This document shows positions 51,325-64,000 of a stretch of 64,000 nt of DNA, piece by piece. Numbering within the stretch: the stretch's first letter is position 1; each line of letters starts with the position of its first letter. The stretch spans positions 20,460,001 through 20,524,000 of the forward strand of contig OX597829.1 of NCBI GenBank assembly GCA_951406725.2. Reading direction: 5' to 3'. This DNA comes from Octopus vulgaris (taxonomy: Eukaryota). A program made the position numbers and the translations under genes. The notes under the pieces were generated by a model. That model did not search any database. It had not been told where the DNA came from and saw only the letters and a program-made list of their open reading frames with translations.

Positions 51325-52725
51325 CATCATCATCATCATCATCATCATCGTTTAAACGTCCGTTTTCCGCGCTAGCACGGGTTGGACGGTTCGACCGGGG
51401 TCTGGGAAGCCAGGGGCCGCTCCAGGCTCCAGTCTGATCTGGCAGAGTTTCTACGGCTGGATGCCCTTCCTAACGCCAACCACTCCGCGAGTGGAGTGCT
51501 TTTTACGTGCCACCTGCACAGGGGCCGGGGGGGGGGGTCCGGCATCGGTCACGATCGGTTCGAGCTTTTAACGTGCCAGCGGCACGGGAGCCAGCCAAGG
51601 CGGCGCTGGCAACGTTCGGATGGTCTTACCGGCACAGAGGCCAGTCGGGGCAGCGCTGGCATCGGCCACGTTCGGATAGTACTTTTTATGTGCCACCGGC
51701 ACAGGCATCATAACTCCTATTTCCATTGATATTTATTTCGACGTTCATGTTCATGTACTTGACTCAGCAGGTCTCCTCAGGCACAGCAGGACGATCTGGG
51801 ATCTGGGGTACTTTGAATGGGCAGGGGCTATGTGGAACTGATGCAGGAAGCAGCCCGGGTCTTTGCAGTCACAGCATATCTCCAGAGATCTCGGTCCTTC
51901 GCCATTGCATCAGTGAGGCCCAATGCTCTGAGGTCATGCTTGACTACCTCATCCCATGTCTTTCTGGGTCTACCTCTCCCCCTGATACCTTCAACTGTTT
52001 GGGAGTGGCACTTCTTCACACATCTCTCTTTATCCATCCGCAGCACATGACCATACCATCGCAAGCGTCACTCTTGCACACCACATCTGATGCTTCTTAT
52101 ATCCAGCATTTCTCTCAGGATGCTTACACTCTGTCGTGCGTGCACACTGACACTACACATCCAGCGGATCATGCTAGCTTCATTTCTTTCGTCTACGCAT
52201 GTCCTCTGCAGTCACAGCCCATGTTTCATTACCGTGAAGCATGGCAGTTCGCACACATGCATCATACAATCTACCTTTCATTCTGAGGGAGAGACCCTTT
52301 GTCGCCAGTAGGGGTAGGAGCTTTCTGAACTTTGCCCAGGCTATTCGTATTCTAGTGGTGATACTCTCTGTGCATCCACCTCCGCTACTAACTTAGTCGC
52401 CCAGGTAGCGGAAACTATCAACTACTTCTAGTTTCTCTCCCTGGAGTGTGATGGAATCTGTTTTCTGAGTGTCTGTTGTGTCTATTGCCCCTGTGCATCT
52501 GCCGCACATGAAAGCTATCTTATCTGTTAATTTCCCTTTAATGTTGCTGCACCTCTTATGCGTCCATAGCTTACATTGGGTGCATCTTATGGAGTTTCTA
52601 CCTGTACCTTTCCTACAGATTGAGCAGGGCCACCTACGTGTGTGTGCTGAGTACGCCTTGCTGCTTACTATTACTTTTGGTTTTTGCTACATTTACTCTA
52701 AGGCCCTTTGATTCTAACACTTGCT
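51323..52725 (-). mobile_element. RTE-clade LINE 3' fragment with PHD-like finger, 3' UTR and (GAT)n tail
   Basis: RWYGHVLRM...RGRGRPRKTW...AKDRDLWR; CSICRKG...[12 protein letters not shown]...CGRC; short tail copies at ~22225, 39282 and 53955. Confidence 0.88.
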
Positions 52726-52727
52726 TC

Positions 52728-52868
<141 letters not shown>

Positions 52869-52869
52869 A

Positions 52870-53672
52870 ATAAATTGTTATCGCCATATTAATATGGCAT
52901 TCTTATAGATATAAGAATAATCGTGCCGCTGGTCAGCTCCGTGAGGCCACCGCCATCAAGATAGCTATTGATACACGATCTGTATCCATTATAACCTTCG
53001 AACAAGGGAGGTCAGCCGCTTCACACTGCCAGTCCGACAGCTACAGACGCGTTTCGGGGTATTGCCCCTTGTCAATGTAGCGCAGTCAGACCTGCAGGTG
53101 TCGCCACTGACGTCTCTGTTCGAAGGTTTCTATTTACCTAGTTTCAGTGGAATACATCCACTTGTTTTCAATAATAGAAATATTAAAATTACTAAATCTC
53201 TATAAAAGAGATTACGGCAGCGTTTACTGGAAATTAATTGTTATCGCCATATTAATATGGCATTCTTATAGATATAAGAATAATCGTTGCCGCTGGTCAG
53301 CTCCATGAGGCCACCGCCATCAAGATAGCTATTGAAACTAGGTAAGTAGAAACCTTCGAACAGAGACGTCAGTGGCGACACCTGCGGGTCTGACTGCGCT
53401 ACATTGACAAGGGGCAATACCCCAAAACGCGTCTGTAGCTATCGGACTGGCAGTGTGAAGCGGCTGACCTCCCTTGTTCGAAGGTTATAATGGATACAGA
53501 TCGTGTATCAAGAGCCATCTTGATGGCGGTGGCCTCATGGAGCTGACCAGCGGCAGCGATTATTCTTATATCTATAAGAATGGCATATTAATATGGCAAT
53601 AACAATTAATTTCCAGTAAACGCTGCCGTAATTTCTTTTATAGAGACTTAGTAATTTTAATATTTTTATTAT
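52870..53672. mobile_element. Fold-back element with a hammerhead in each arm, (TA)n-flanked
   Basis: 52872-53145 is mirrored by 53335-53607; extra partial copy at ~53170-53335. Confidence 0.82.
53040..53081 (-). ncRNA. Minimal hammerhead ribozyme, U3-A8 variant (mirror copy 53398-53439 plus has GAAA>AAAA)
   Basis: Minus strand: GCTACA-TTGACAA-GGGG-CAATA-CCCC-GAAA-CGCG-TC-TGTAGC. Confidence 0.8.
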
Positions 53673-53704
53673 ATATTTATATATATTTATATATTTATAT
53701 ATAT

Positions 53705-53738
<34 letters not shown>

Positions 53739-53771
53739 TTATATATTTATATATATATTTATATATTTATA

Positions 53772-53855
<84 letters not shown>

Positions 53856-53888
53856 ATATATTTACATATTTATATTAATATGTATGTA

Positions 53889-55090
53889 CTAGCTGAAGGT
53901 GACCCGCTCTACGCGCGGGTAAGAGTGTGGGTGTTACTTTCTGTTGCTTCCTTTCAGCACGTAAAAAGCACCATCCGAACGTGGCCGATTGCAGCACCGC
54001 CTTGACTTGCTTCTGTGCTGGTGGCACGTAAAAAGCACCAACCGATCGTTGCCACTGCGAGCCCCCCTGGCACCAGTGCCGTCGGCACAAAAAAAACACT
54101 CACTACACTCACAGTGTGGTTGGCGTTAGGAAGGTCATCCACCTGTAGAAACACTGCCAGATCAGACTGGAGCCTGGTGCAGCCTCCTGGCTTCCGAGAC
54201 CCGGTCACACTCCCAACCCGTGCTAGCACGGAAAACGGACGTTAAACGATGATGATGATGATGATTCTCCGTATTTGTTTCTCTCTCCTTTCTCTCTCAC
54301 TTTCCCACTCTCTTACTTTTCTTTTCTCTCGGACTCTCCCTCGCTTTCTCTTACTCTCTATCTTTATCTATCTCTCTCCCATTTATAAACAACAGAAGAT
54401 CTTGAGTAAGTTGAGAAATAAAATATTTAGAAAGATCAATCAGAAATATGAGGCAGTGGCAATGGAAAGGTCTGCTTCAAGGCAGACAGCAAAACGCTAA
54501 CATTCAAAAGGGACAGACGAACTTGCGAGCTGAATAAAAATAATAAAATATTGGAAACCAAAGTTTGAAGGGATAGAATCTGAGGATAGTAGAGTCACCA
54601 TGGCTGGCATTTGTTAACGACGGACAGCAACGTAGTGACAGTTTAACGGCTGGCGTAAAATTTTGAACTTGATGTAAAAGAAAATTCGTAAACACCAAGT
54701 TTTGAAGTGATTCTTTCTCACGACAGTAGACTCACCATGGCAAGCATTCAAAACTTCTTTATCATGGACGGCAACACATTGACGATTAAAAGGCTGGTGC
54801 AAATTTTTTAGCTTGATGCAACAGAGAATTCCTAAACACCCGCTCTTTGAAATTTTAATCCCCTTCCAGCCCCATTTAGACCCCTTTTCACATTTTGGTT
54901 AATATAACCCGATTTCATTCGGGTCTACTGGGGCCACATTTTATAAGATGAGGAATTTTGTCCTAGAGGTGACGCCTTTCATTTGAGGAACAAAATAGTT
55001 GTGATGCAAACTTGTCAGCACCTTTAACATAGGTGTGCATATTTTCAGGTGAATCGACAGACTACGTAATGCACACATTATATATATATA
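53889..55090 (-). mobile_element. Probable non-autonomous Helitron (second family) containing an RTE-tail insertion
   Basis: CTAG at 53889 followed by hairpin ACCCGC-TCTACGC-GCGGGT; distal end approximate. Confidence 0.55.
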
Positions 55091-55265
55091 TGTGTGTATA
55101 TATATATGTGTGTGTGTGTGTGCACGCATTATATATACAAATGTATACAAATGAGATATATATCTGTATAAATTAAATTAGAGATAAAACCACTAATAGG
55201 CAAATCAAACAGTGAAAAACCAAAAACAAAAACATAAAAAAAGAAAATATAACATAGAAAATATA

Positions 55266-56283
55266 TCTATATATATAAAACTGTAGTTGTGTGAGTGTCT
55301 GTCCCCTTCGATTTAGATTCCTAACTACTCCCAAATTTTGCGGTGCAGTTTAACCACATTCGGGTATCTTATAGTCGTCATTCATATCGAGCCCGTCTGG
55401 GTATTAGCGCGTGTGTACGATGAGTGTACGATTTTAAAAATAATTTAACATCATTTTTTATTCCATTTTAATGCATATTTTTTCGTGTGTCGATGGCGGC
55501 GGAGTTGGCGTCCACGCTCACGCCTGCACCTGTGTTGGTTCTCCCCCTTCTTCCCTCCCTCGTGAAGCTGTGGGGAAGGGAGTGTAAGGAAATCAACGTC
55601 GTAATGCGTTGTGAAGGAGACCAGCGTTATTTTAGAACAACGACTTCATGGCTTGAAGTCGCCAAAACAGAAATCGCTAAAAAAGCTGAAACAGATCCAC
55701 AAAAACGGCAATTACCGCCACACAGGGCAGGTTTCCTGTGCAAACAATTTGCACAACCGAATGTTTTAGTTGTTGCACAAATCTTTATATATAAAAGTAA
55801 GGTTGTGTATCTGTCTGCTACGATTTAGATTCCTAACTACTCCCACATTTTGCGGTGCAGTGTAACCAAAACCGGGTATCTTATAGTCGTGATTCATATC
55901 GATCCCTTCTGGGTATTAGCGCGCGTCTACGATGAGTCTACGATTTTTAAAAAAATTTACCATCATTTTTTAATCCATTTTAATGCATTTTTCGCTATTA
56001 TATAAGGGAAGTAACTCTCTAAAAATGTCTACGATGAGTCAACGATTAAAAAAAAAATTTACCATCATTTTTTTATTCCATTTTAATGCATTTTTCGCAA
56101 TTATATAAGGGAAGTAACTCTCTAAAAATGTCTACGATGAGTCAACGATTTAAAAAAGAAATTACTATCATTTTTTATTCCATCTTTAATGCATTTTTTG
56201 CTATTTTTTTTGCTATAACTCACTAAAAATGCTTATATAGTTATTTCCCTTACAAACCCGAGCAACGCCGGCGATACTGCTAG
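55266..56283 (+). mobile_element. Non-autonomous Helitron, same family as 43078-45552
   Basis: A|TCTATATATATAAAAC...CCCGAGCAACGCCGG-CGATACTG-CTAG|T; internal second 5' end near 55782. Confidence 0.87.
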
Positions 56284-56435
56284 TAAAATATAAAATTGAA
56301 AACTTTAAATTATTTAAATTGAAAATAAAAATTATGAAATTATATTTATAATTTGTTTAAAAATATATATAACTATGAAAAAGTATGAAAAAGTTTAATA
56401 TACATAAATACAGATATATACACTTTGTATATATA

Positions 56436-56670
56436 CATTATATATACATATTTATATATAGAACACACACACACACATACATTATATATACATATTTATA
56501 TATAGAACACACACACACACATACATTATATATACATATTTATATATAGAACACACACACACACATACATTATATATACATATTTATATATAGAACACAC
56601 ACACACACACATACATTATATATACATATATATATATATATATAGAACACACACACACACACACACACAT
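56436..56670. repeat. ~43-bp compound TA/CA minisatellite
   Basis: Repeated ATTATATATACATATTTATATATAGAACACACAC...CATAC. Confidence 0.85.
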
Positions 56671-57351
56671 ATAAATGAACGCAAGAATATCTGATACATA
56701 ATATTTGTTCTCATGCTCGTGTGTTGATTGTTGGTGACAGACATATACTTAAAAGAACGTCGTCGAAGTGATAGGAAGGTAGGAAACAGAGTCAGTGAAA
56801 AAGAAAGGAAATAGCGATAGTGACAGATACTTTAAATAACCGTAGTGGACTTCTGAAAGTTATGAAGAGGAGTAAGAGAGGGAAAGGAGGAAATAGGGTG
56901 AGGTAGGAAGATGGCCCCTAGCAACCACACCTTTTAAGATAGGGATTTCTAAGGTAGCCCACGCGCATCGTCACCTCATTCTACATGTCCGTGTAAATTT
57001 TGGAGCGAATCGGACGGGATGTAGTCGCATTGAAAGCGATCTAAGCGGTAAAAACGCAATTCAGTTTTATATATAGAGAAGAGATATATATTAATTTACT
57101 TTATTAAACCACAACATAAGAGACTGCAGGGTTAAATATAAAAGCAGAACAAAACAGTGTACATTCCTTTATGTACACTGTTTTGTTCTGCTTGTATATT
57201 TAACCCTACAGTCTCTTATGTAGTGGTTTAATAAAGTATGTAATTGAATATTATCTGGTAATTGATATTTGATTTAGATGTATTTCTCCATTTTCTTATC
57301 TTGTATTAATATATATATATATATATTTTATTTTATTTCATTTTATTTTAT

Positions 57352-59690
57352 CCAGTTTCGGCTCACTAGCTGTGGCCATGCTGGGGCACCGCCATTTGGT
57401 GTTGCTACATGATTTTACTTCACGAATGCTTTTTAGAAATTGCCATTTAGTGCATGAGAGAGTTCAATGAAGCTGCCCTCATCTGCACCTCCTGCCGTGA
57501 AGTTGGTTCATCTGGGACACCTGACAGGAAGAGATCCAGTTTTATTTTAAAGACATCTGCATGCTGGTCCCTCAGGTTCTTCGGAGGATATTGAAGAGCT
57601 GTGTGCCTCTGAAGCCCAGGCTATCACAGTATCTTGTCCTACATCTTGATGGCAAATTTGGTGTCCTTGGCACCATGCAGTGGCGCCCAGTTCGTGCATT
57701 TGTGTAACTCTCGATGCCAAAGTTTGGGACAAGTCCTTCTAGGATCTTCCAGATGTATATTATGGCATATCTTTCTCGCCTACGCTCTATGGAATAGAGT
57801 CTTAATCTCTTGAGTCTTTCCCAGTAGTTTATATGCTGCTCAGAGGCTATCTTCTTCGTGTAGCTTCGTTGGATCGCCTCAAGTTCTGTGATTAACTTGA
57901 CACTGGATGGTGACCATAGCTGAGAGCAATAGTCAAAGTGGCTTAGGACAAGTATCCTCCAGAGGACCATCATGGTTTCCTGGTCTCTTGTTCTAAAGGT
58001 TCTAAGAATCCATCCGATCAGCCGCCTACATTTCATTGCCAATTTAGCAACATGCACATGGAAGGTTGCATCATCACTCATGTAAATAACTAGGTCTCGC
58101 ACTGATTGTGCCTCTGGGATTGCAATCCCTCCAGGTCCTGTGTATTTATTGGGTATTGCATTTAGTTTTGCATGCTGATAGCATAAAGCTTGAAACTTTT
58201 CAGCATTGAACTGCATGCTATTCTTTTCAGCCCACTTGTATATTTTGTCCAGCTCACATTGCAGGTGCTTAGTGTCTTCAGGGTTCTGTATTGCCTGTGA
58301 AACTTTTGTATCATCTGCATAACTTGTGATCGTGACTCTCTGCGTGGCTGAGGGCATGTCTGAGAGGGCCATTATGAACAGTAGTGGTCCCAAAACAGTA
58401 CCTTGCGGAACACCGCTCACTATTTGCGTGTTAATGGAAGTAGCCCCACCTGACTTCTATCCTTCAGAAAGTCATGAAGCCATTCTCCCAATTTTCCAAC
58501 TATGCCAAGATCTCGCAGTTTGTGACATTTCATTCTATGATCGACTTTATCAAAGGCCTTTGCAAGGTCGAGATATATGACTTCCACATTTGAGTGGTTG
58601 AGCAGTCGTTTCAGCACCCAGTCATAGTGTTGTAGGAGCTGAGTTAAGCAGCTTCTTCCTGGTCGGAAACCATGTTGGGTGTCAGGCAGCAAGTCATTTT
58701 CTTCAAGGAAGGTGATTAGTTTCCTTCTGACTATTCGTTCCATGACCTTGCTGATGTGTGAGGTCATAGAGATAGGTCTGTAGTTCTTGGCCTCCGCTCT
58801 GCTACCTCCTTTATGAATAGGGCATATTTTACTTTCCTTCAGTTTTCTTGGAAGTTTGCCAGTTGTAAGGAAGCTCTGAAAGAGGAACTGCAGTGGTCTT
58901 GCTAGGACTCTCTTACATACTTTTAGAAGGATTGCCGGGAATCCATCGGGGTCAGTAGCTGACTTTGTTTTCATTTCATCTATAGCATTTATTACATCGT
59001 CTTCCTTTATATTGATGTAATCAATCATCGCTGCCTCTGATTTTATAACTGCAGTGGTAAAGACGTTAGTTGGATTTCTGACTTGAAAATGCCCTTAGGG
59101 TGGAGTGAAAATACTCTTGAATTGTTCATTTAGTATTTCACTTATCCTCATTGGATTTCCTGTGAGTGTGCCACCCTTTTAGAGGAGTGGCCCTTTCCTA
59201 CAGTGCACCGTAGATGTTTCTTTGGCATACCTGTAGAAAGCTCTGGGGTTAGATTTTATGTTGTCTATAGCCCAGGCTTCTTTGTCTGCTCTTTCCTTTT
59301 CATGGGAGAGTTGCAGACAGTGTTCAGTTTCCAACAGTTTTATTTTCAGACGGGACTTGTCATTGCTTTCAATTTGTTTGTTTAGGCGATTTGAGATTTT
59401 TGTGCGCCGTCTCATTAGAATTTTCCTCTCTCTGGGGATTTTGTTCTTGTGTACAGTGGCCTTTCTCTCTGGGACACTTTTCTTGTTGGTAGTGGGTGTG
59501 TGGTCCTTGTGATTTGCATAGGTGGTTGCTGATAGCTCGTTGGATCTCCTGGCTTAGGTCGGCCTTCATATTTTCTAGGTAAGTCAGTAAAAAAGAGTTA
59601 CCTTTTTGGTTTGCCACTTGGTCGGAGGATACATATTTCATGTTCGTGTGCCATAGTTTATAATTTTCTTTGTGACATAAATACACCATT
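57352..59690 (-). mobile_element. CR1/L2-group LINE, second copy of the 45900-48708 family, internally deleted and frameshifted
   Basis: ORFs 57572-58420, 58420-59028 and 59179-59415 are highly similar to those at 45971-48052. Confidence 0.92.
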
Positions 59691-60282
59691 ATTTCAGAAA
59701 TAATTACGGATCTAGCGCTAAATTATGATTGGTCTGTGGGTTTGACTTACAAATGTACATCTTTGGATTTAATGTAGTATTAACAGAATGCTGGTACCTC
59801 TTATTTCGTATGTATATGCGGATATATAACACTTTGCACGGTTTTGTAATAATATTGTGACTATATTGTTAATAATGAATTTATGTATTGTTTCTCTAGT
59901 ATTAGCGTTATTGATAATAATATGAACGATGATATTGCTAGCATTAGTAGTAACGATAATGATAATGATGCTAGCATTAATGACATTTTGTAAATTAATA
60001 AGAACTAATAGAAAGTAACCCTGACTCTCTATATCTGCATTTAGATATTAATATGTGTATGTTGTTTCTTCTACATTGTAATTATCACAACATTAAGTTG
60101 GAAAACTGTAACGTTGAATGTGGAGCAAATGTATGTTTATTAATTTTTATTATTTATATCATTATGTATATTTATATTTATATGTATATGAGTATGAGTA
60201 TATGCACTCATATGTATATGTATATGTTTTATTATGGGTATATACCCACACCTTTATAAGTATATATGTAATCTAATTTGTA

Positions 60283-60409
60283 ATCTCCGAAGAGGTCTTA
60301 GGATGTTTTTGTAAATGTCTCATTTATAACTACATATTGACCTACAACAAATGGCTAATATGAGTTGAATGAGACATACTTATCTACATGGCCGAAACAG
60401 CTGTAAGAT
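60283..60409 (+). ncRNA. Hammerhead motif, CCGAAGA core with long stem-II insert
   Basis: ATCT-CCGAAGA-GGTC..92 nt..GGCC-GAAA-CAGCTG-TA-AGAT. Confidence 0.6.
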
Positions 60410-60811
60410 ATAATCTATATTTATATTTATGTGTACTTACATTTATGTTCTATTATTCGTATTCTTCTTATTGTATAACATTACTATTTTATGTACACTC
60501 CTTCATGTACACTGCTTTAACCTGCATTATTATGTTTAACCTTATAGTTTCTTATGTTGTGGTTTAATAAAGTATGTGATTGAGTATTATCTGGTAATTG
60601 ATAAATGATTTCGATGTATTTCTCCATTTTCTTATTTTGTATTATGAATTTGTGGTAAAACATTTTACCTTTGCCCATATAATACAATAAATGAATTTAT
60701 TGTATCGCAATTCTTAACATTTATGTATTAACTTTGTTGGGTACCTCACTAGCAGTATATTGGATATATGTTATCCCATGGTGGGTTGCATTTACAACCC
60801 CTATCTCAATT

Positions 60812-60847
<36 letters not shown>

Positions 60848-60848
<1 letters not shown>

Positions 60849-61492
60849 CGGGAAGGTTTACGAAAATAAACAAAAGACGAAGGCAGGTGGAGTATAAGCA
60901 AACAATGTATTAGTATGGCGCTCAGGAATAGAAATAAAACAAGTCTTTTACGTTTCGAACCTACGCTCTTCGACAGAAAGATACAAGGAAAAGAAACAAG
61001 GAGTGAAAAAAATTGCGTGTAAGGGCTAACAATCCAACATGGTGTTCTGATTTCAGGAGAAGTCAGAGATCGGGGTTCAAACGTTAGAGGTCAGACGTTA
61101 GACGCTAGAGGGATAGTAAGGGAGATAACAGGGTCAAGTGACCTCGCCCCAACATGAAGGTACGTGTGTGCAGACGAGAGAATGTATGTGCATGTGAAAG
61201 AGGGCTGGTGGTCTGGACGTGTGTATGTATGTATGATGTGATGTGTAATGTTGTATGGTGTAGTGTGGTGTGGGAGAGAGAAGAGAGAGGAGGGGGGAGG
61301 GAGAGGAGAAGGAAGGGGGAAGGGGAGAAAGGAGGGGAAAGGAGGAGGGGAGGGGGAGAAGGGGAGTGAGGGAGCAGAGAGAAAAAGAGAGGGGGAAGAG
61401 GGAAGACGGAAAAAGAGGGAAGAGGAGGGAAAGACAGTAGGGGTGAAAAGATGAAGGACTGAAGAGAAGTAGGAGTCAAGGGGGAGGTTAGA
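60848..61492 (-). mobile_element. Solo 3' UTR fragment of the PLE family at 23738-26190
   Basis: Shares AAACAAAAGACGAAGGCAGG, TATTAGTATGGCGCTCAGGAA and GATGAAGGACTGAAGAGAAGTAGG. Confidence 0.85.
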
Positions 61493-61509
61493 CATATATA
61501 TATATATAC

Positions 61510-61804
61510 ATGAAGACATACAATAGAAATACAAAATGGCTGACGGTTAGTAAGGAGAGACACAAGTAAGTGAGAAGAAAACAAAGGACCACTGATGCGG
61601 TCACAGGAGTGTGACGAAAGAACTTTGGCCGAAATAAGATTAAGATTAATGTAAAAAATAAATATCACTGAAGCAAAAAAACACCAAATATATAGTGCGT
61701 GTGTTTTTATTGGCTAAACTGGCAATATGACCATTCCGAAATATAACAATATCTGTTTCAACACACGACTTCACATAAAAAATCTCACAACAAATATTTA
61801 AATG

Positions 61805-61805
<1 letters not shown>
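61510..61805 (+). mobile_element. 3' UTR fragment of the PLE at 33650-39248
   Basis: Matches 39006-39248 and extends to the long terminus CAAATATTTAAATGTA. Confidence 0.88.
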
Positions 61806-61836
<31 letters not shown>

Positions 61837-61840
61837 TATA

Positions 61841-61897
<57 letters not shown>

Positions 61898-61899
<2 letters not shown>

Positions 61900-62326
61900 G
61901 CTGAAAAGAATAGCATGCAGTTCAATGCTGAAAAGTTTCAAGCTTTATGCTATCAGCATGCAAAACTATATGCAATACCCAATAAATACACTGGACCTGG
62001 AGAGATTGCAATCCCAGTGGCACAATCAGTCCGAGACCTGGGTATTTACATGAGTGATGATGCAACCTTTCATGTGCATGTTGCTAAATCGGTAATGAAA
62101 TCTAGGCGACTGACCGGATGGATTCTTAGAACCTTTAGAACAAGAGACCAGGAAACCATGATGGTCATCTGGAGGACACTTGTTCTAAGCCACTTTGACT
62201 ATTGCTCTCAGCTATGGTCACCATCCAGTGTCAAGTTAATCACAGAACTTGAGGCGATCCAACGAAGCTACCCGAAGAAAATAGCCTCTGTGCAGCATAT
62301 AAGCTACTGGGAATGACTCAAGAGAG
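61898..62326 (+). mobile_element. Internal fragment of the second CR1/L2-group LINE family
   Basis: MQFNAEKFQALCYQHAKL...FDYCSQLWSPSS. Confidence 0.88.
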
Positions 62327-63179
62327 TGTGGTTCTTTCCACCGTTGATTTGTTGTCTGCTAAAGGGTTTTTGGTTGTTCCAGATTCTGAGTTGTTGGTGT
62401 GTCCTACTGGAAGAGTTTTGGTTATTCCAGGGTCTGGGTTGTTCGTACTGGGTGCAATGTTGGTTCTGTAGTGACGCTATACAGCGGCACATGCGCGAAG
62501 CCCCGGAAGAAGAACCCTTTTGCCTACGTAGCAGTTAGCCGAGGCAAGGGGATCATAGAACGTTTGACCACTAGCAGCAGTCAGCAGCGACTTGAGACAT
62601 GGCTATCGAAGGTACAACACGTATATTCTCTCTGTCCGTATTTGATAGCAGTCGGCCGAAGATTTTAACCAAATTGTTGCCGACCACATCATCTTCCCTG
62701 TTCCGGACGCCATCTTTGACCAGTGTCGTTTTGCATTTGAACACTTTCTTATTTTACAGCGATAAGGTTCAGCTGAGACACAACTATACCAAAGGGATGC
62801 CAGATACACCAATTATCTGTTACCACATAAGAGAATAAAGTAGATATATATTATTTACGTTTGCGTCTTGTTGTTTCTGACGGGTAGAGAATCTGGATTA
62901 TTAAAGCAACGGAAAGTGATTGCTTCTCGCACCCCCAAAAGGTCCAGAGAAGACACTCACAAGTTCGTAACAGTTCCTTAGAGTGGGTTGGAAACCACAG
63001 TCATGGTTTAGAGTTAAATACTTATATGTTGGGAGGGAACTCTGAGTTTTGAACGGTTTGGGTTGGGATCTACAATCATAGTTCAGAGGTAGGTTTCTAA
63101 GTGATGGGTAGGATCTCCGATTCTGGAATGGTTCTTGTGTGCGTTGGGGTCTACATTGTCTATCAAACACATGATTGAC

Positions 63180-63990
63180 AAACGGGCACACATATACACA
63201 CACCATCCTACCAAATTTCTAAAAAAACACACACTTATATTTATACCACAATGGACCCTGGGACCATTCAAAAGCAGCCCACACACAAACACATGTATAC
63301 ATATACACACACAAAGACACATACACTCACACCATATATACGCACACACACAAACACATACTCAATACCAACACACACAAAACGTATACACACACACACG
63401 CCACACAGATACACCCAACAGACATGGACACATATACACACTAATGCACACGCAACACACTAACAAACATTAACCACACACATACACACACAAACGAGCA
63501 CAGATATACACACACCATCCCACCAAAATTTAAAAAACACACATCTCTTTACACCACAATGGACCCTGGGACCAATCAAAAACAGCCTCCCCCTCACACA
63601 CACAAACACATGTATACACATATATACACACACACTCACACCATATATACGCACACACACAAACACATACGCAATACCAACAAATACAAAACGTATATAC
63701 ACACACACACGCCACACAGATACACCCAACTGACATGGACACACATACGAACAAACACATACACACTAATGCACACACAACACACTAGCAAACATTAACC
63801 ACACATATACACACACACAAACGGGCACACATATACACACACCATCGAACCAAATTTTTAAAAACACATCTATTTACACCACAGTGGACCCTGGGACCAA
63901 TCAAAAACAGCCCCCCCCATACACACACACACAAACACATGTATACATATATATACACACACACAAAGGCACACACACACTCACACCATT
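63180..63990. repeat. CA-rich tandem repeat, ~310-325 bp units, about three copies
   Basis: GGACCCTGGGACCA at ~63253, 63561 and 63886 with shared flanks. Confidence 0.82.
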
Positions 63991-64000
63991 CTGACCTCCA

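Noticed and set aside
62327-63170. Non-repetitive segment with short ORFs, considered as a possible Jagged TM exon or LTR
   Set aside because: No convincing TM plus basic stop-transfer exon with splice sites, and no LTR termini or PBS recognised; left unassigned.

Overview
Eukaryotic, AT-rich, microsatellite-dense DNA; the SINE and repeat content suggests an octopus or other coleoid cephalopod (inference). The first half (+ strand, 8417-30780) holds 16 internal exons of a Jagged/Serrate Notch ligand: 13 EGF repeats, the cysteine-rich/VWC region and the juxtamembrane region. The N-terminal/DSL exons and the transmembrane exon were not found in the window. Two adjacent single-EGF exons are each 2 nt short and frameshifted. 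The rest is transposons: three Penelope-like elements (PLE), one a ~5.5-kb fold-back with an uninterrupted RT-GIY-YIG ORF, plus CR1/L2-group and RTE LINEs, non-autonomous Helitrons, a mariner remnant, tRNA-derived SINEs and tandem repeats. The most notable unannotated signal is a set of minimal hammerhead-ribozyme motifs from about six sequence families. They include a U3-A8 core variant with compensatory changes between copies. Most sit in asymmetric fold-back PLE-type inserts in (TA)n tracts. All calls were made by eye; no searches or folding were run.
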